Below, piece after piece: positions 20,901 to 26,869 of a DNA stretch of 40,917 nt. The notes beneath the pieces are model-generated. The model saw nothing but the letters and a program-made list of their open reading frames with translations. It was not told the origin of the DNA and ran no database searches. How positions within the stretch are numbered: the first letter of the stretch is position 1; each line of letters begins with the position of its first letter. A program made the position numbers and the translations under genes. The stretch is from a virus (taxonomy: Duplodnaviria; Caudoviricetes), in IMG/VR virus record IMGVR_UViG_3300020043_002142, positions 1 through 40,917 of that record; one strand, given 5' to 3'.

Positions 20901-21341
20901 TCAATGGGTATGTACGCAGTTGACTTGATTGATGCGATCCTCCTCGGAAATGATGAGTCACCCAAGGTTGCTAAACGCTTTGAGCAGATGCCTGTCATCA
21001 AGCGATTCACTGTGGACAAAGAAGCCAAGGGAACTGTGACTGCTTACTATGAGCTAAAGAACTCTGTTGATGAGGTTGTGAGAACAGTCAACTTGATGGA
21101 GCGCACTGGTAACGCTGAAGATCTTGGCGCTTACATGGAGAAGAATGCTCAGTTGTTTGGCATGAGAAACTACATAAGTAGCGTAGAGAAACAGATGAAG
21201 GTGATGCGTGAAGCGGCAATCCAGATCCGCTCATCTGATATGTCTCCTGAAGAGAAGAGAGATTCTCTAATGGCTATCACACAGGCTCAGAATGCCATGA
21301 CATCAAGCATTAGAGAACTCAAAAAATCTATTGCACAGTAA
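11994..21341 (+). CDS. Giant polyvalent (likely injected) protein: metallopeptidase, HhH-glycosylase-like, HD-motif, ADP-ribosyltransferase and LPD38-like domains
   Basis: 3115 aa; HEAIH at 14529; WYDG/AAMSPQ/VTIDTH/QSITW; NDLLRAVHDYFAH; MYHGT...IFLT...QIKSATGN; C-terminal NWLFP...IRIPIPFEVGVLFK. Confidence 0.8.
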   Translation: MAKEFSFEEAIGTPKEEKEKKSFSFQEAVQQPSAPFSLKNLGLAFGQGLTGATQDISSIAGATNPLAQGLGSLQQTAGEAMTPERRAEIQRRQQIEKAAEGNTWEEIKAKLGGVAEAPLITAATVAGGVVPYIAGTLAVPEVAIPAMVARLTGLGMSAKAAQRVASAVPVTAVGGVMGLGGQKAQDYDTVKRELLEKGVKEEEAEILAQKAAEYSLKNLPRQAAAAGAGAFEGAIGAEGLLSRAIKKPPQIQGKPVNMPEPTWKEAIAKSTVGEALPEGLQSAVGTAGTNVALTEAGIPTDITKGLVSSAVRDTLVGGLMGTAVSPLKMRELRQEYVANEIESQREFQKQQREEIAAAKKRLDDQLAMTKNPLGSFTMEDLGPDLAKTVEQHRIDTGKPALTSYALDDIIDALPGVDKAKETESLNALIAAKSGYTNEVYTPAQLIEIAQAKNVDSAAPSFADFLSRTTGVSDPMQMSQPQLHAAITSLDKLPGFAAPQALPEGSNATRYSPEQLTIAIDSLNAKMDLLGKDELGFKEAAQTIETATGLKGSAVNALVNDAIQKGDVAANENKTISVPSRTIPTGYGISEEFGAEEEVADAYDIMRGDEKLTSVPDQKAADTLLEKLQKITEADIKKVDADLKAIDEKTAKSEDELNRLIVEGKANTAEYKAAEKAHQDLMDASMPTIAELVAKKESYGKPLEAVPTGVKTVRPASYIVRRGDEIRTIAQDRAAAEQAIFEELSEADLQDLVKRPSPALQQRVNAEIQRRAALPVTGAPATAVTPEQQVKLDQLKVELPALLTKFGLKDVGLKIVDAIEGGADGSYQAKLIQIALSAENPITTLRHEAIHALKELGFFTPQQWKALERQAEKEWVQKYLKNVRVEVGGQTMSRYDAYSKGVKDAKGEFILKPLSAESVLEEAIADAFADFDANKAPPGMLTALLNKMRNFFTALRNRLNGAGFQTYEDVFGKVEKGQLKATAPEVEVEQKFSLAPEGIPQKLWDLHNKAMAADEAASTWNAGSRKANATKASNRLVRAVDEYFPDDYQAQMAIMTRMNEESSKRGEGFFGTPKFSLDTKAEKRPETTESKKSLVRAAVEGETEISTRNPQGVKRTNDPITDMLSIDEAAVREAMKANPDMYKRTIQAIKGYGFVPNNTAPNDVINVFKRNIISNLLYLYNKVPADIRERSKLWYDGANRIATDMSKEYKVSMEQVAGIMAAMSPQKDWFQNVSMAERALDILTEQGGKSWDANMLKYAESYVKEATSRKEREKRQAAFDKIKGVARAKTTLNDMSQDDAAAFIRAYDEAYNSRQYRIVTPEGGFGDYVRKNDGEPATMMWSTYDPIKKTVSIFRDGSRKNISEQLGEEHKIRSFYNNIAAPNSDIGHVTIDTHAVAAGLFEALAGTDQEVIHNFGGTGKNINLGVGGTYGIIADAYREAAQQKGVRAREMQSITWEAVRGLFGENIKSTIKPKIRAEWTKYKTGEQSFDATREKVMEIAGGIDNPDWVGTGAGDFVADGGSSYDKAFTPEGGVRLREEKDIREKLTFNLSAVTSSIPGLRELYQRAMGRDKEAYTVLQRVAESSLKFLLSGTGAKINVEYAKGVYLSDREPSISVGVAFSEKEMSNVMAGLAKFAESYNQQQIHVRQETAQKFGHNFGDGSYATAVYEIDLKKSLNNEAISRVIDDSGLQGFTITDKTLTAYFVRTEGNEQDNFKSFGERIKRVHELVGDSSSRPRRTIERLYVYGEGYGARIPYSEVAYPSSDIRTKQASDTVTPKLIAEYLTKAPVTTFKQKPLSAKQVKEQEKLSRAFDAMPVNDLKNPLVKRAYTALANSLKEQYQVMPIKVELMETIDEPYANSDAVRRDVSVNNRFKVYATSPETFGPPGSNFKNHPLLKDSGLKDVNGKPMLYNDLLRAVHDYFAHNLTETQFGPNGEAAAWRNHMSITPDPFARWALTSETRAQNAWQNFRPEAKGLSLIERGFADQKAALPPLEFVMTGDAKIDQPVTELKEVLTPEQQRGSVPTTAKYSLRKAPETPEFKRFFGLSKVVNDDGTPKVMYHGTARNIDTFKPRQAGAIFLTENPEFAGEYADVSAENKALERNLSDYSAQELDKAKVQAIADVRASYGNNKESAGLIKEIKSGNPQGEALDFLKLAADKLFPEAGQNIMPVYVRAERPFDYENPDHVAALGLNDIDTEDLANNVARLESDRVQDAIRAAGFDGFYIKQGKQKNLAVYDPVQIKSATGNVGTFDTTNPDIRYSLRKVQDEVDSLPNGSAINASINRITTAREPEGFFERIINAFKPQSVDALRQQWLNRYNQLGVYDKELAKQMGGAALLADASAESAALMSDNAAAIASMACGIDGKGGIPVFNNGFTTVSSANGEKGVLEILMPLAQIGDPRIYQTYQFWAGAKRGKRLLANGKDHTYTPAEIAYAAELEKKYPEFKQVQQDWIKYNNGLMKYAVATGVLAPERAAEFMKYSDYIPFYRQIDGENTVGPRLFQNISGVTPPKKLTGIKEGQEAPLADFLETIVRNTQSIIQSGMKNTAAQRAIGAAVQLKTAQKRNDVSYAPGVVTVLERGKPVSYDVSDQLFIDAVKSLNLPELPFLSIFSAPANLLRNLITKDPGFMMANLMRDSLSAWVTSGAKMTPIASTISNFGKAIGGKDPAYLALRNAGVIGGYEFAQDIKTSGSVLGASLRRATGTEQGSEKALKPFTSLWRGLEKGTEASDAATRMAVYKSTLERTGNEAEAIYRAMEVLNFNRKGNLAIVRILTAAVPFLNARMQGLDVFYRAAFGKMASEDAAAIQRSFFIRGATLMALSAMYWFLTHDEEEYINQEQETRDNNWLFPSVGIRIPIPFEVGVLFKTIPERLLEYSFGNDTGKDLADSMKRNLISTFGINPIPQTFLPLVEARTNYSFFTMRPIVGQGMEGVATEYQVSPGTSELAKTVGKSIGESPIMVDHIIKGYTGSMGMYAVDLIDAILLGNDESPKVAKRFEQMPVIKRFTVDKEAKGTVTAYYELKNSVDEVVRTVNLMERTGNAEDLGAYMEKNAQLFGMRNYISSVEKQMKVMREAAIQIRSSDMSPEEKRDSLMAITQAQNAMTSSIRELKKSIAQ

Positions 21342-21615
21342 GATGACCCCGCTCAAAGAGCCATCCAATGGTTTTGCGGTGGGCTTCATCCCAAGCTTTG
21401 AACTTGGCATCTTTTGTCCATTCATAGCCTTGGTCAACTTTTGCATGGCAGGTGTAGCACAAGGCCGCGATTCTGTAGTCGTGGGCCTTGAGTCCCATTC
21501 CCTTGCCATCCCGTTGTTGGTTTGAATGAGCGGCAACCACCGTGCCATCCTGTGCCCCACAGATTTGACATGGTGATTCCCTCACTAGGTCAAGCAGTTT
21601 TCTATTTCGGTACAT
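21328..21615 (-). CDS. DUF1364/YbcO-like Zn-binding putative nuclease
   Basis: PCQICG...TVVAAH...KGMGLKAHD...LCYTCH. Confidence 0.65.
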   Translation of the reverse strand: MYRNRKLLDLVRESPCQICGAQDGTVVAAHSNQQRDGKGMGLKAHDYRIAALCYTCHAKVDQGYEWTKDAKFKAWDEAHRKTIGWLFERGHLTVQ

Positions 21616-21814
21616 CTTGCTCAGACAAAAACCGGATGTAGTTGGCTATCTCTTTACCGGTGTAATCAATGTCGCCATAAGCCATGAACCTCTTTTCTAG
21701 GCGTTTAAACACAGCCTGCTGGGCTGCGTGCCAGACTTCGTAGCTCCACCCGTCGTCATCTTCAAAGGCTTTATTGCCTATGAACTCACAGTATTCTTTT
21801 TTGCATTCGTTCAT
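21602..21814 (-). CDS. Hypothetical protein (start moved to MNECKK)
   Basis: Fits the tightly packed minus-strand operon; ATG at 21814. Confidence 0.5.
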   Translation of the reverse strand: MNECKKEYCEFIGNKAFEDDDGWSYEVWHAAQQAVFKRLEKRFMAYGDIDYTGKEIANYIRFLSEQDVPK

Positions 21815-21977
21815 CTTCAGCCTGTTTCTCGTAGTGGTTGATTGGTAGTGTTGCTTTCTTCCTGACAAACTTACGTAGCCATTCTGCCCCACCCAGCTCT
21901 TGAAACATCAACCACTCTATATCTGACATCCTGACATAGCGTGGTTTTAGTTTAGATGGCGGTTTAGGTCTAGGCAT
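21786..21977 (-). CDS. Small ribbon-helix-helix-like DNA-binding protein
   Basis: MPRPK...YVRMSDIEW...LGGAEWLRK pattern. Confidence 0.5.
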   Translation of the reverse strand: MPRPKPPSKLKPRYVRMSDIEWLMFQELGGAEWLRKFVRKKATLPINHYEKQAEDERMQKRIL

Positions 21978-22155
21978 TCTTTGGCCTCCGTGTTGCTCGG
22001 ATAGCCCAACAAGAAGCGCAGTACCATTTATTAGGATTCATTTGTATCCCACCTTCTGGTGGTTTGTTCTGGTCACATTTACCGCACTGTTTAAACTTAT
22101 GTGTGTTGGGCTGCTGGCCACTTAAATCTAATTGTTGTTTTACGAATCCGTTCAC
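21970..22155 (-). CDS. Small zinc-finger protein
   Basis: CGKC...CASC. Confidence 0.55.
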   Translation of the reverse strand: MNGFVKQQLDLSGQQPNTHKFKQCGKCDQNKPPEGGIQMNPNKWYCASCWAIRATRRPKNA

Positions 22156-22505
22156 TTCTTCATGTTCCTTACAAATACTGCAAATGATGCCGCTGTGTCA
22201 CCAAAGGCGGTCATGGCATCAAACTCCTTAGCAACCTCTTCTAGTACTTCGTTTCTTTGTGAAGGTGAAACGTAAAGATCAAAGTGGTATGGCTGACCTA
22301 GATCACGCAGAATCTGCTTGCCGAGGTTGCTGTGCTTCTCCACCTCGTTAAAGGCTTCGTCTTCTTCTTTAGTCCAGTCAGTCATGTTTTTTCCTTCCTG
22401 CTTTAAATACAAAGGCCACACCTGACCCAGTGGTGTAAACAAAGGGCAGTCTCTATCTGTACTTACCATGCCATTGCTTGGGTCGTACCATGCTATTGGG
22501 GTCAT
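22152..22505 (-). CDS. Hypothetical modular phage protein
   Basis: 117 aa with overlapping start/stop codons; RNEVLEEVA motif. Confidence 0.55.
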   Translation of the reverse strand: MTPIAWYDPSNGMVSTDRDCPLFTPLGQVWPLYLKQEGKNMTDWTKEEDEAFNEVEKHSNLGKQILRDLGQPYHFDLYVSPSQRNEVLEEVAKEFDAMTAFGDTAASFAVFVRNMKK

Positions 22506-22756
22506 GCTTGTCCCCTTGCTCGGATGATGTTGGCGCAGTCAGATGGTGTCGGCCATTTCTCGTCAGGCACAAGAAGTTTTTCGCACTGCTCCTCAAGCGA
22601 ATCACACACCCATGCACACGCCTCACGCTCTTTCTGTGCTACTAGCTTGGCAAAGTCTTCAATATTGAACGGGCTACAACGCATACAGTCATCCCATGTA
22701 TTTCCTTTGTCCCATCCACAACTTTCAGCCATCTCAATGATTTCATCTTGTGTCAT
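22502..22756 (-). CDS. Hypothetical protein, paralogue of 29624..29833
   Basis: FAKLVAQKEREAC...IRARGQA is shared with 29624..29833. Confidence 0.6.
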   Translation of the reverse strand: MTQDEIIEMAESCGWDKGNTWDDCMRCSPFNIEDFAKLVAQKEREACAWVCDSLEEQCEKLLVPDEKWPTPSDCANIIRARGQA

Positions 22757-23079
22757 AGCACCTCCTCAAGAATGCGCCATGAATGCAGAGTGCTTCCATT
22801 GAATGAAACCTCCACCGGAATGCCAACCATGTCAGCACAAGAAGTCACCTTCGCTTTGCTCATCAACTCAGCTACACGACGGCACATTTCACCCCAAAGC
22901 TTGGTTTGGTCTTCCAATGTCCATGCGCAACGCTCATCCGGTGTGCGTGTCCATGTACCATCAAAGTCACCAACGCCCCAACCTTGGCCGCCTAGTGTGA
23001 CAGACATTCCGAACATTGCCCCATCGTATCCACCAAGGCCAACATCAAACTTTTGAATCTTGCCTAATTCTTTTCTCAT
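22753..23079 (-). CDS. Hypothetical protein (start MRKELGK)
   Basis: AGGAGG RBS before ATG at 23079; overlaps its neighbours by 4 nt. Confidence 0.6.
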   Translation of the reverse strand: MRKELGKIQKFDVGLGGYDGAMFGMSVTLGGQGWGVGDFDGTWTRTPDERCAWTLEDQTKLWGEMCRRVAELMSKAKVTSCADMVGIPVEVSFNGSTLHSWRILEEVL

Positions 23080-23258
23080 GCTTCCTCCTGAAATGATATT
23101 GGAATATAGAAGCAAGCTTTACTCTTGCTATCTTGAACATTGACTATGCCATTGCCGCGAGTCTGCTCGGGGTGATTGATCCACCGCTTACAGTTCTCGC
23201 ATTTGGCGTTGTAAACCACTGGTTTACACCTTGTGTATTCACTTGATAGAGGTGTCAT
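23076..23258 (-). CDS. Small Cys-rich protein
   Basis: C...CENC...C in 60 aa; coupled stop/start. Confidence 0.5.
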   Translation of the reverse strand: MTPLSSEYTRCKPVVYNAKCENCKRWINHPEQTRGNGIVNVQDSKSKACFYIPISFQEEA

Positions 23259-23268
23259 ATTAGTTTGT

Positions 23269-23724
23269 TTAAACTCTTAGTTCTTCTTGAGGTCTAGCAC
23301 GTTGTTGTAAGCTCTCGTCCAACTGCAGAATGAGATCCGCTAAATCTGAATCAATTAAATGCAGTTTCTTCGTCCATCGAGCAATTGTTAATTGCAAATC
23401 ATGAACGAATTCTTCTCTTAAAGAGGAGTTGTTCATAACATCGGCCACCATTCTGTAGCCACCACCAGTCTCACGGTCTGACGGCAAACTTACAAATGCT
23501 CTGACATGTGTTGGCTCTGAAGTCAGCACAGTGATCTTACATTTTTGGATCAGATTACGGGCTTGCTCTCTGCGGTATTGAATAGCCGCCTCCGAGTCGT
23601 CCCATTCAAAGTAGGAGTGCAAGATGCTCTCTTCTTTCTTTGCCTCCTCAATCACATCATCAATCATTAACACGCCACCGTTTTGACGTGCCATCTTCTC
23701 TAACAGTTTTCTTTCTTCGTTCAT
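23269..23724 (-). CDS. Partner/accessory protein downstream of the GGN-NN array
   Basis: 151 aa, helical; LHSYFEWDDSEAAIQYRREQARNLI motif; AAGGAG RBS right after the array. Confidence 0.7.
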   Translation of the reverse strand: MNEERKLLEKMARQNGGVLMIDDVIEEAKKEESILHSYFEWDDSEAAIQYRREQARNLIQKCKITVLTSEPTHVRAFVSLPSDRETGGGYRMVADVMNNSSLREEFVHDLQLTIARWTKKLHLIDSDLADLILQLDESLQQRARPQEELRV

Positions 23725-23751
23725 GATTTCTCCTTTTGTTTAAACATAAAT

Positions 23752-24247
23752 GCCTGCCTTGCCTCACCGGAACTCACGTCGCCCCGCCCAACCTTGCCTG
23801 CCCTGCCCTACCACGCTATTCCTAGCCGATCCATGCCTGCCATACCTTGCCAGCCCCATCTAGACCAAAACGAGCCTTGCCCCGCCTGCCTAACCATGCT
23901 CACCGCGCCATACCCGTCCAGTCCATGCCTCGCCTGCCAATCCTTTCCTTGCCAGACCCTGTCTCACCTTGCGAGTCCATGCCTGCCGAACCAAACCAAG
24001 CCACTCCATACCTAGCCCTTCCCCGCCGAGCCACGCCTGCCGTGCTAAACCGATCCTGACCGCTCCGAGCCGCGCCTATCCATGCCTGCCATACCTATCC
24101 CCACCGTGCCCCACCTATCCCGTCCATGCCTGCCCATGCCTGCCATACCTTGCCGTGCCGTACCGGAACAGGCCATGCCTTGCCACGCCACACCTGCCAT
24201 GCCAGACCGGACTGCTCCAAGCCCCGCCCATCCGGGCCTAGCCTGCC
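23752..24247 (-). ncRNA. Putative guide-RNA array (VIPR-like): ten 39-54 nt units of GGCAGGC followed by alternating NN and GGN
   Basis: On +, gcctgcc starts at 23752, 23796, 23835, 23884, 23932, 23981, 24035, 24084, 24128, 24138, 24192 (acctgcc) and 24241, with near-strict 5-nt periodicity between them. Confidence 0.8.
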
Positions 24248-24259
24248 TAGGTTTAAACG

Positions 24260-24922
24260 TCACTCAATGCCAAACTTGGCCCTGATTGCGCTTTCTCGGT
24301 CGCTCTCTACTACTTGGAACAAACCAAACCCACATCCGGCACTAGCCTTACTGTCGGGTCTGCCTGCTCCAATACCAACTTGCAAGCCGCAACGGCTAAT
24401 CAAGTTAATTACATCCACAGTTTTAAACTGATCCATATCAAAACGGATACGTAGTTTTACTGCCCACTCTTTATACATAGGACGTGAACGAACATCCACC
24501 ACGCCAGTAGCGTTACGGGTGTGTGCGGTGTATGTATCGCTCTTTCCATAGACACGAACCAATGGGATGCCATCCTGTTGATCCCAGCCGTCAGCCTCTA
24601 CAAACGTTGACAGCTTAGCCAACGTCATCTTGAAGCCAACCAGACGACACGCAGAAATCATCGCAGCGCGAAACGATGCAGCGTTTACACCCTCCCATCC
24701 CTGCATACTGCGGTAACGCGCATCTTCTGCTTCTTTTTCGTAGTCCCGTGCATCACGAACCTTTTTACTGTTTGCAGACTTACCCTCTTGCATCTTTGCC
24801 ATCAGTTCCGCTTTCTTGCTGAAGCGTTCTACAACCAATGGAGCAATACCTTCTAGGTACACATCCACAGTTGCAAACTTAGGGGGTGAAATTACGTATG
24901 TTGTTTCAATTTCTTTAGCCAT
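24260..24922 (-). CDS. RAMP/Cas7-like RNA-binding protein (Vipr-like effector)
   Basis: N-terminal strand VYLEGIAPLVV, helix AASFRAAMISAC, RPMYKEW, and a C-terminal Gly-rich loop GIGAGRP...GCGFGLF; abuts the array. Confidence 0.75.
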   Translation of the reverse strand: MAKEIETTYVISPPKFATVDVYLEGIAPLVVERFSKKAELMAKMQEGKSANSKKVRDARDYEKEAEDARYRSMQGWEGVNAASFRAAMISACRLVGFKMTLAKLSTFVEADGWDQQDGIPLVRVYGKSDTYTAHTRNATGVVDVRSRPMYKEWAVKLRIRFDMDQFKTVDVINLISRCGLQVGIGAGRPDSKASAGCGFGLFQVVESDRESAIRAKFGIE

Positions 24923-24949
24923 TTTGATACTCTCTTCTTTGTTTAAAAA

Positions 24950-25156
24950 TTATTCGCTTAGTTCTTTAAGCATTTGATCTGTTAAATCACGTACCCGCTT
25001 TAACGCCAAATTCATGTCTGCCTTGTGTGTAAACTCACCAGTGACAGCCATCTTAATGCTCGTTAAAGTTTTGTACATGTCCTTACCCTTCATGGCGAAT
25101 AACAAGTTGTCTTCGTCTTCAGGATATGTAAATTCAAGTATTGCTTTGGTTTGCAT
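24950..25156 (-). CDS. Hypothetical protein
   Basis: KAILEFTYPED N-terminus; AGGGAG RBS. Confidence 0.55.
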   Translation of the reverse strand: MQTKAILEFTYPEDEDNLLFAMKGKDMYKTLTSIKMAVTGEFTHKADMNLALKRVRDLTDQMLKELSE

Positions 25157-25313
25157 GGAGACTCCCTATTGGTTTGGCAATCAACCAACGATCCCCCAAT
25201 TGCAAGACTGAGCGCACCCACTTACGTTGGTTGTGTCGGTTGATATGTTCGGGAACCATACCGTTGTTGTAGATCTTTCTAGCTTTTTTGCGTAGTTGTT
25301 CAGTTGTCAACAT
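25134..25313 (-). CDS. Hypothetical protein (start MLTTEQ)
   Basis: GGGAGAG RBS before ATG at 25313. Confidence 0.5.
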   Translation of the reverse strand: MLTTEQLRKKARKIYNNGMVPEHINRHNQRKWVRSVLQLGDRWLIAKPIGSLHANQSNT

Positions 25314-25530
25314 CTTCTCTCTCCCTAAGTTTGAGATGATCCGGCATCTTTGAAGTGATCCAGAAACCATCAGCGTTTAAACTAAAGCCCTTTTCAATCA
25401 TTTCTTCTGGAGTTCTGCATCTGCGGTCTACTCCATATTTGCCTGTACGGTGCTTCTCAAAAGCACCATTGCTGTTGAAGTACTGTTTACATGCTTGGCA
25501 TTGATTACGGTTACCCCTTAGCACTTTCAC
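25300..25530 (-). CDS. Zinc-binding protein (FDXHR-like)
   Basis: CQACKQYFNSNGAFEKHR...RC. Confidence 0.6.
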   Translation of the reverse strand: MKVLRGNRNQCQACKQYFNSNGAFEKHRTGKYGVDRRCRTPEEMIEKGFSLNADGFWITSKMPDHLKLREREDVDN

Positions 25531-25828
25531 TTGAGACCTCCCTCATGATTAGGTTTGCAATCTCTTCGTTGATCAGTTCACCAAATGATTTGCCTGACGG
25601 GAATCTCATCTGCGATGCCTGATGATCATTGATCACCTTGGTTGCGGCTGACAGTCCGTCATTGAATCCCTTGAGGTAAGGATTGTCTTGTGCCATACGC
25701 ACCTCCAATCCCTCACGCAGAATCCTAGCCATCGTCACCTTTTTGGTTCGGGCAAACTTCTTTAGCTTGACGTAGTCTGCATCGTCCAAGTACGTCATGA
25801 ACGGTTTAAGTTTCTTAGAAGGGGTCAT
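25511..25828 (-). CDS. Putative RHH DNA-binding protein
   Basis: FMTYLDDADYVKLKKFA...TMARILREGL. Confidence 0.55.
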   Translation of the reverse strand: MTPSKKLKPFMTYLDDADYVKLKKFARTKKVTMARILREGLEVRMAQDNPYLKGFNDGLSAATKVINDHQASQMRFPSGKSFGELINEEIANLIMREVSSESAKG

Positions 25829-26207
25829 CTGTTACTTTCGTTTTTTCGTATGCATTGACTAAAGCATCAAACTTAACTTTGGCCGGTACGTTGCCATGAA
25901 GTTCTGTGCGGGAGTCAATACCACATCGTTTACACAACATGTGGATGCAGTCTGTTTCGTTGTCGCACATCAAAAACTCTTGGAAGTCAGGATCACGGCA
26001 AAGCATTCCGGCCTTCTGAACTCGGTTGTCGTATGGCGTGGGTGACTCATCATCTTGGATGCGAACCACCGCACAGGCATATCTCGCCCCAACAAAGTCA
26101 CGCAGAATCTCTTCAGGGACTTCGTCAGGGTGCAGAGAGAGCGTCAAGATAAAACCTGTACGGTCTTGCTTGAGCGCTACCTTACGGGCTTCAAACTGTA
26201 ACGCCAT
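25815..26207 (-). CDS. Hypothetical protein
   Basis: 130 aa within the operon; LCRDPDFQEF...CGIDSRTEL. Confidence 0.55.
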   Translation of the reverse strand: MALQFEARKVALKQDRTGFILTLSLHPDEVPEEILRDFVGARYACAVVRIQDDESPTPYDNRVQKAGMLCRDPDFQEFLMCDNETDCIHMLCKRCGIDSRTELHGNVPAKVKFDALVNAYEKTKVTDDPF

Positions 26208-26553
26208 CGAGTTTCCCCTGAAGATAGGAGATCACTGCACGGTAACCAATGACATCGTTTTTCAACTGATTGATATCATCTTCAAGCTCAATGACTAGAT
26301 TTTCATTAACGTCATTAAGTATTTTCCAGTTAGCAATCTCTGCGTGTAAACGATCAATCTCGCTGCGCAAGACTTTTTGTCCTTCTGTAGGAACTACTGG
26401 CTTCAATTCTTTCTTGTCTTTCTTTTTCTTCTTGGCGTTATGCAAGACTTGGTAAACATAGGCGTTGGTTACGCCACAAGCCTTGGCAACATCGCTTGGC
26501 TTGTGTGTAGGGTTGGCTTCTTTGTAGGCTCTGATTTGTTGTGCTTTAGTCAT
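26191..26553 (-). CDS. HTH plus coiled-coil protein
   Basis: KPSDVAKACGVTNAYVYQV HTH; heptad-like C-terminus; AAGGAG RBS. Confidence 0.6.
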   Translation of the reverse strand: MTKAQQIRAYKEANPTHKPSDVAKACGVTNAYVYQVLHNAKKKKKDKKELKPVVPTEGQKVLRSEIDRLHAEIANWKILNDVNENLVIELEDDINQLKNDVIGYRAVISYLQGKLDGVTV

Positions 26554-26569
26554 GGTCTCTCCTTTTTAA

Positions 26570-26869
26570 TTAAAACGGGATGTCTTGGTCGTCAGCAGGG
26601 AAGTCCTGTGCTTGGTTCTCTTGGCGTACACCGCCTTGTTGTTGTGGTACGAATCGGTTCACTGCGAGTGACAGATAGGTCTTACCGCTCTTGCCGACCT
26701 TCTTCCATCCGGACAACTTGATAATCGTCAGGCCGTTCTCGGTCTTGATCGCTGTCAGATCCTTAAGGTTGATGGCAATCGTTCCGGAGTAATCCGGAGA
26801 CTTAGGGTTCTTCTTGCTCTGCTCTGCGAATAAAGAGCCTGTGTCGGGGCGTGTTTCAAAATCACTCAT
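26570..26869 (-). CDS. Putative single-stranded DNA-binding protein
   Basis: PDYSG...LSGWKK...YLSL core and acidic DDQDIPF tail; adjacent to the annealing protein. Confidence 0.65.
   Translation of the reverse strand: MSDFETRPDTGSLFAEQSKKNPKSPDYSGTIAINLKDLTAIKTENGLTIIKLSGWKKVGKSGKTYLSLAVNRFVPQQQGGVRQENQAQDFPADDQDIPF

Noticed and set aside
23752-24247. Canonical CRISPR array
   Set aside because: The constant element is only 7 nt, the spacers are internally periodic, and there is no cas1/cas2
23794-24431. Overlapping Pro/Cys/Ala-rich ORFs across the array (both strands)
   Set aside because: By-products of the stop-poor 5-nt periodic repeat; no RBS, and mostly opposite to the operon direction
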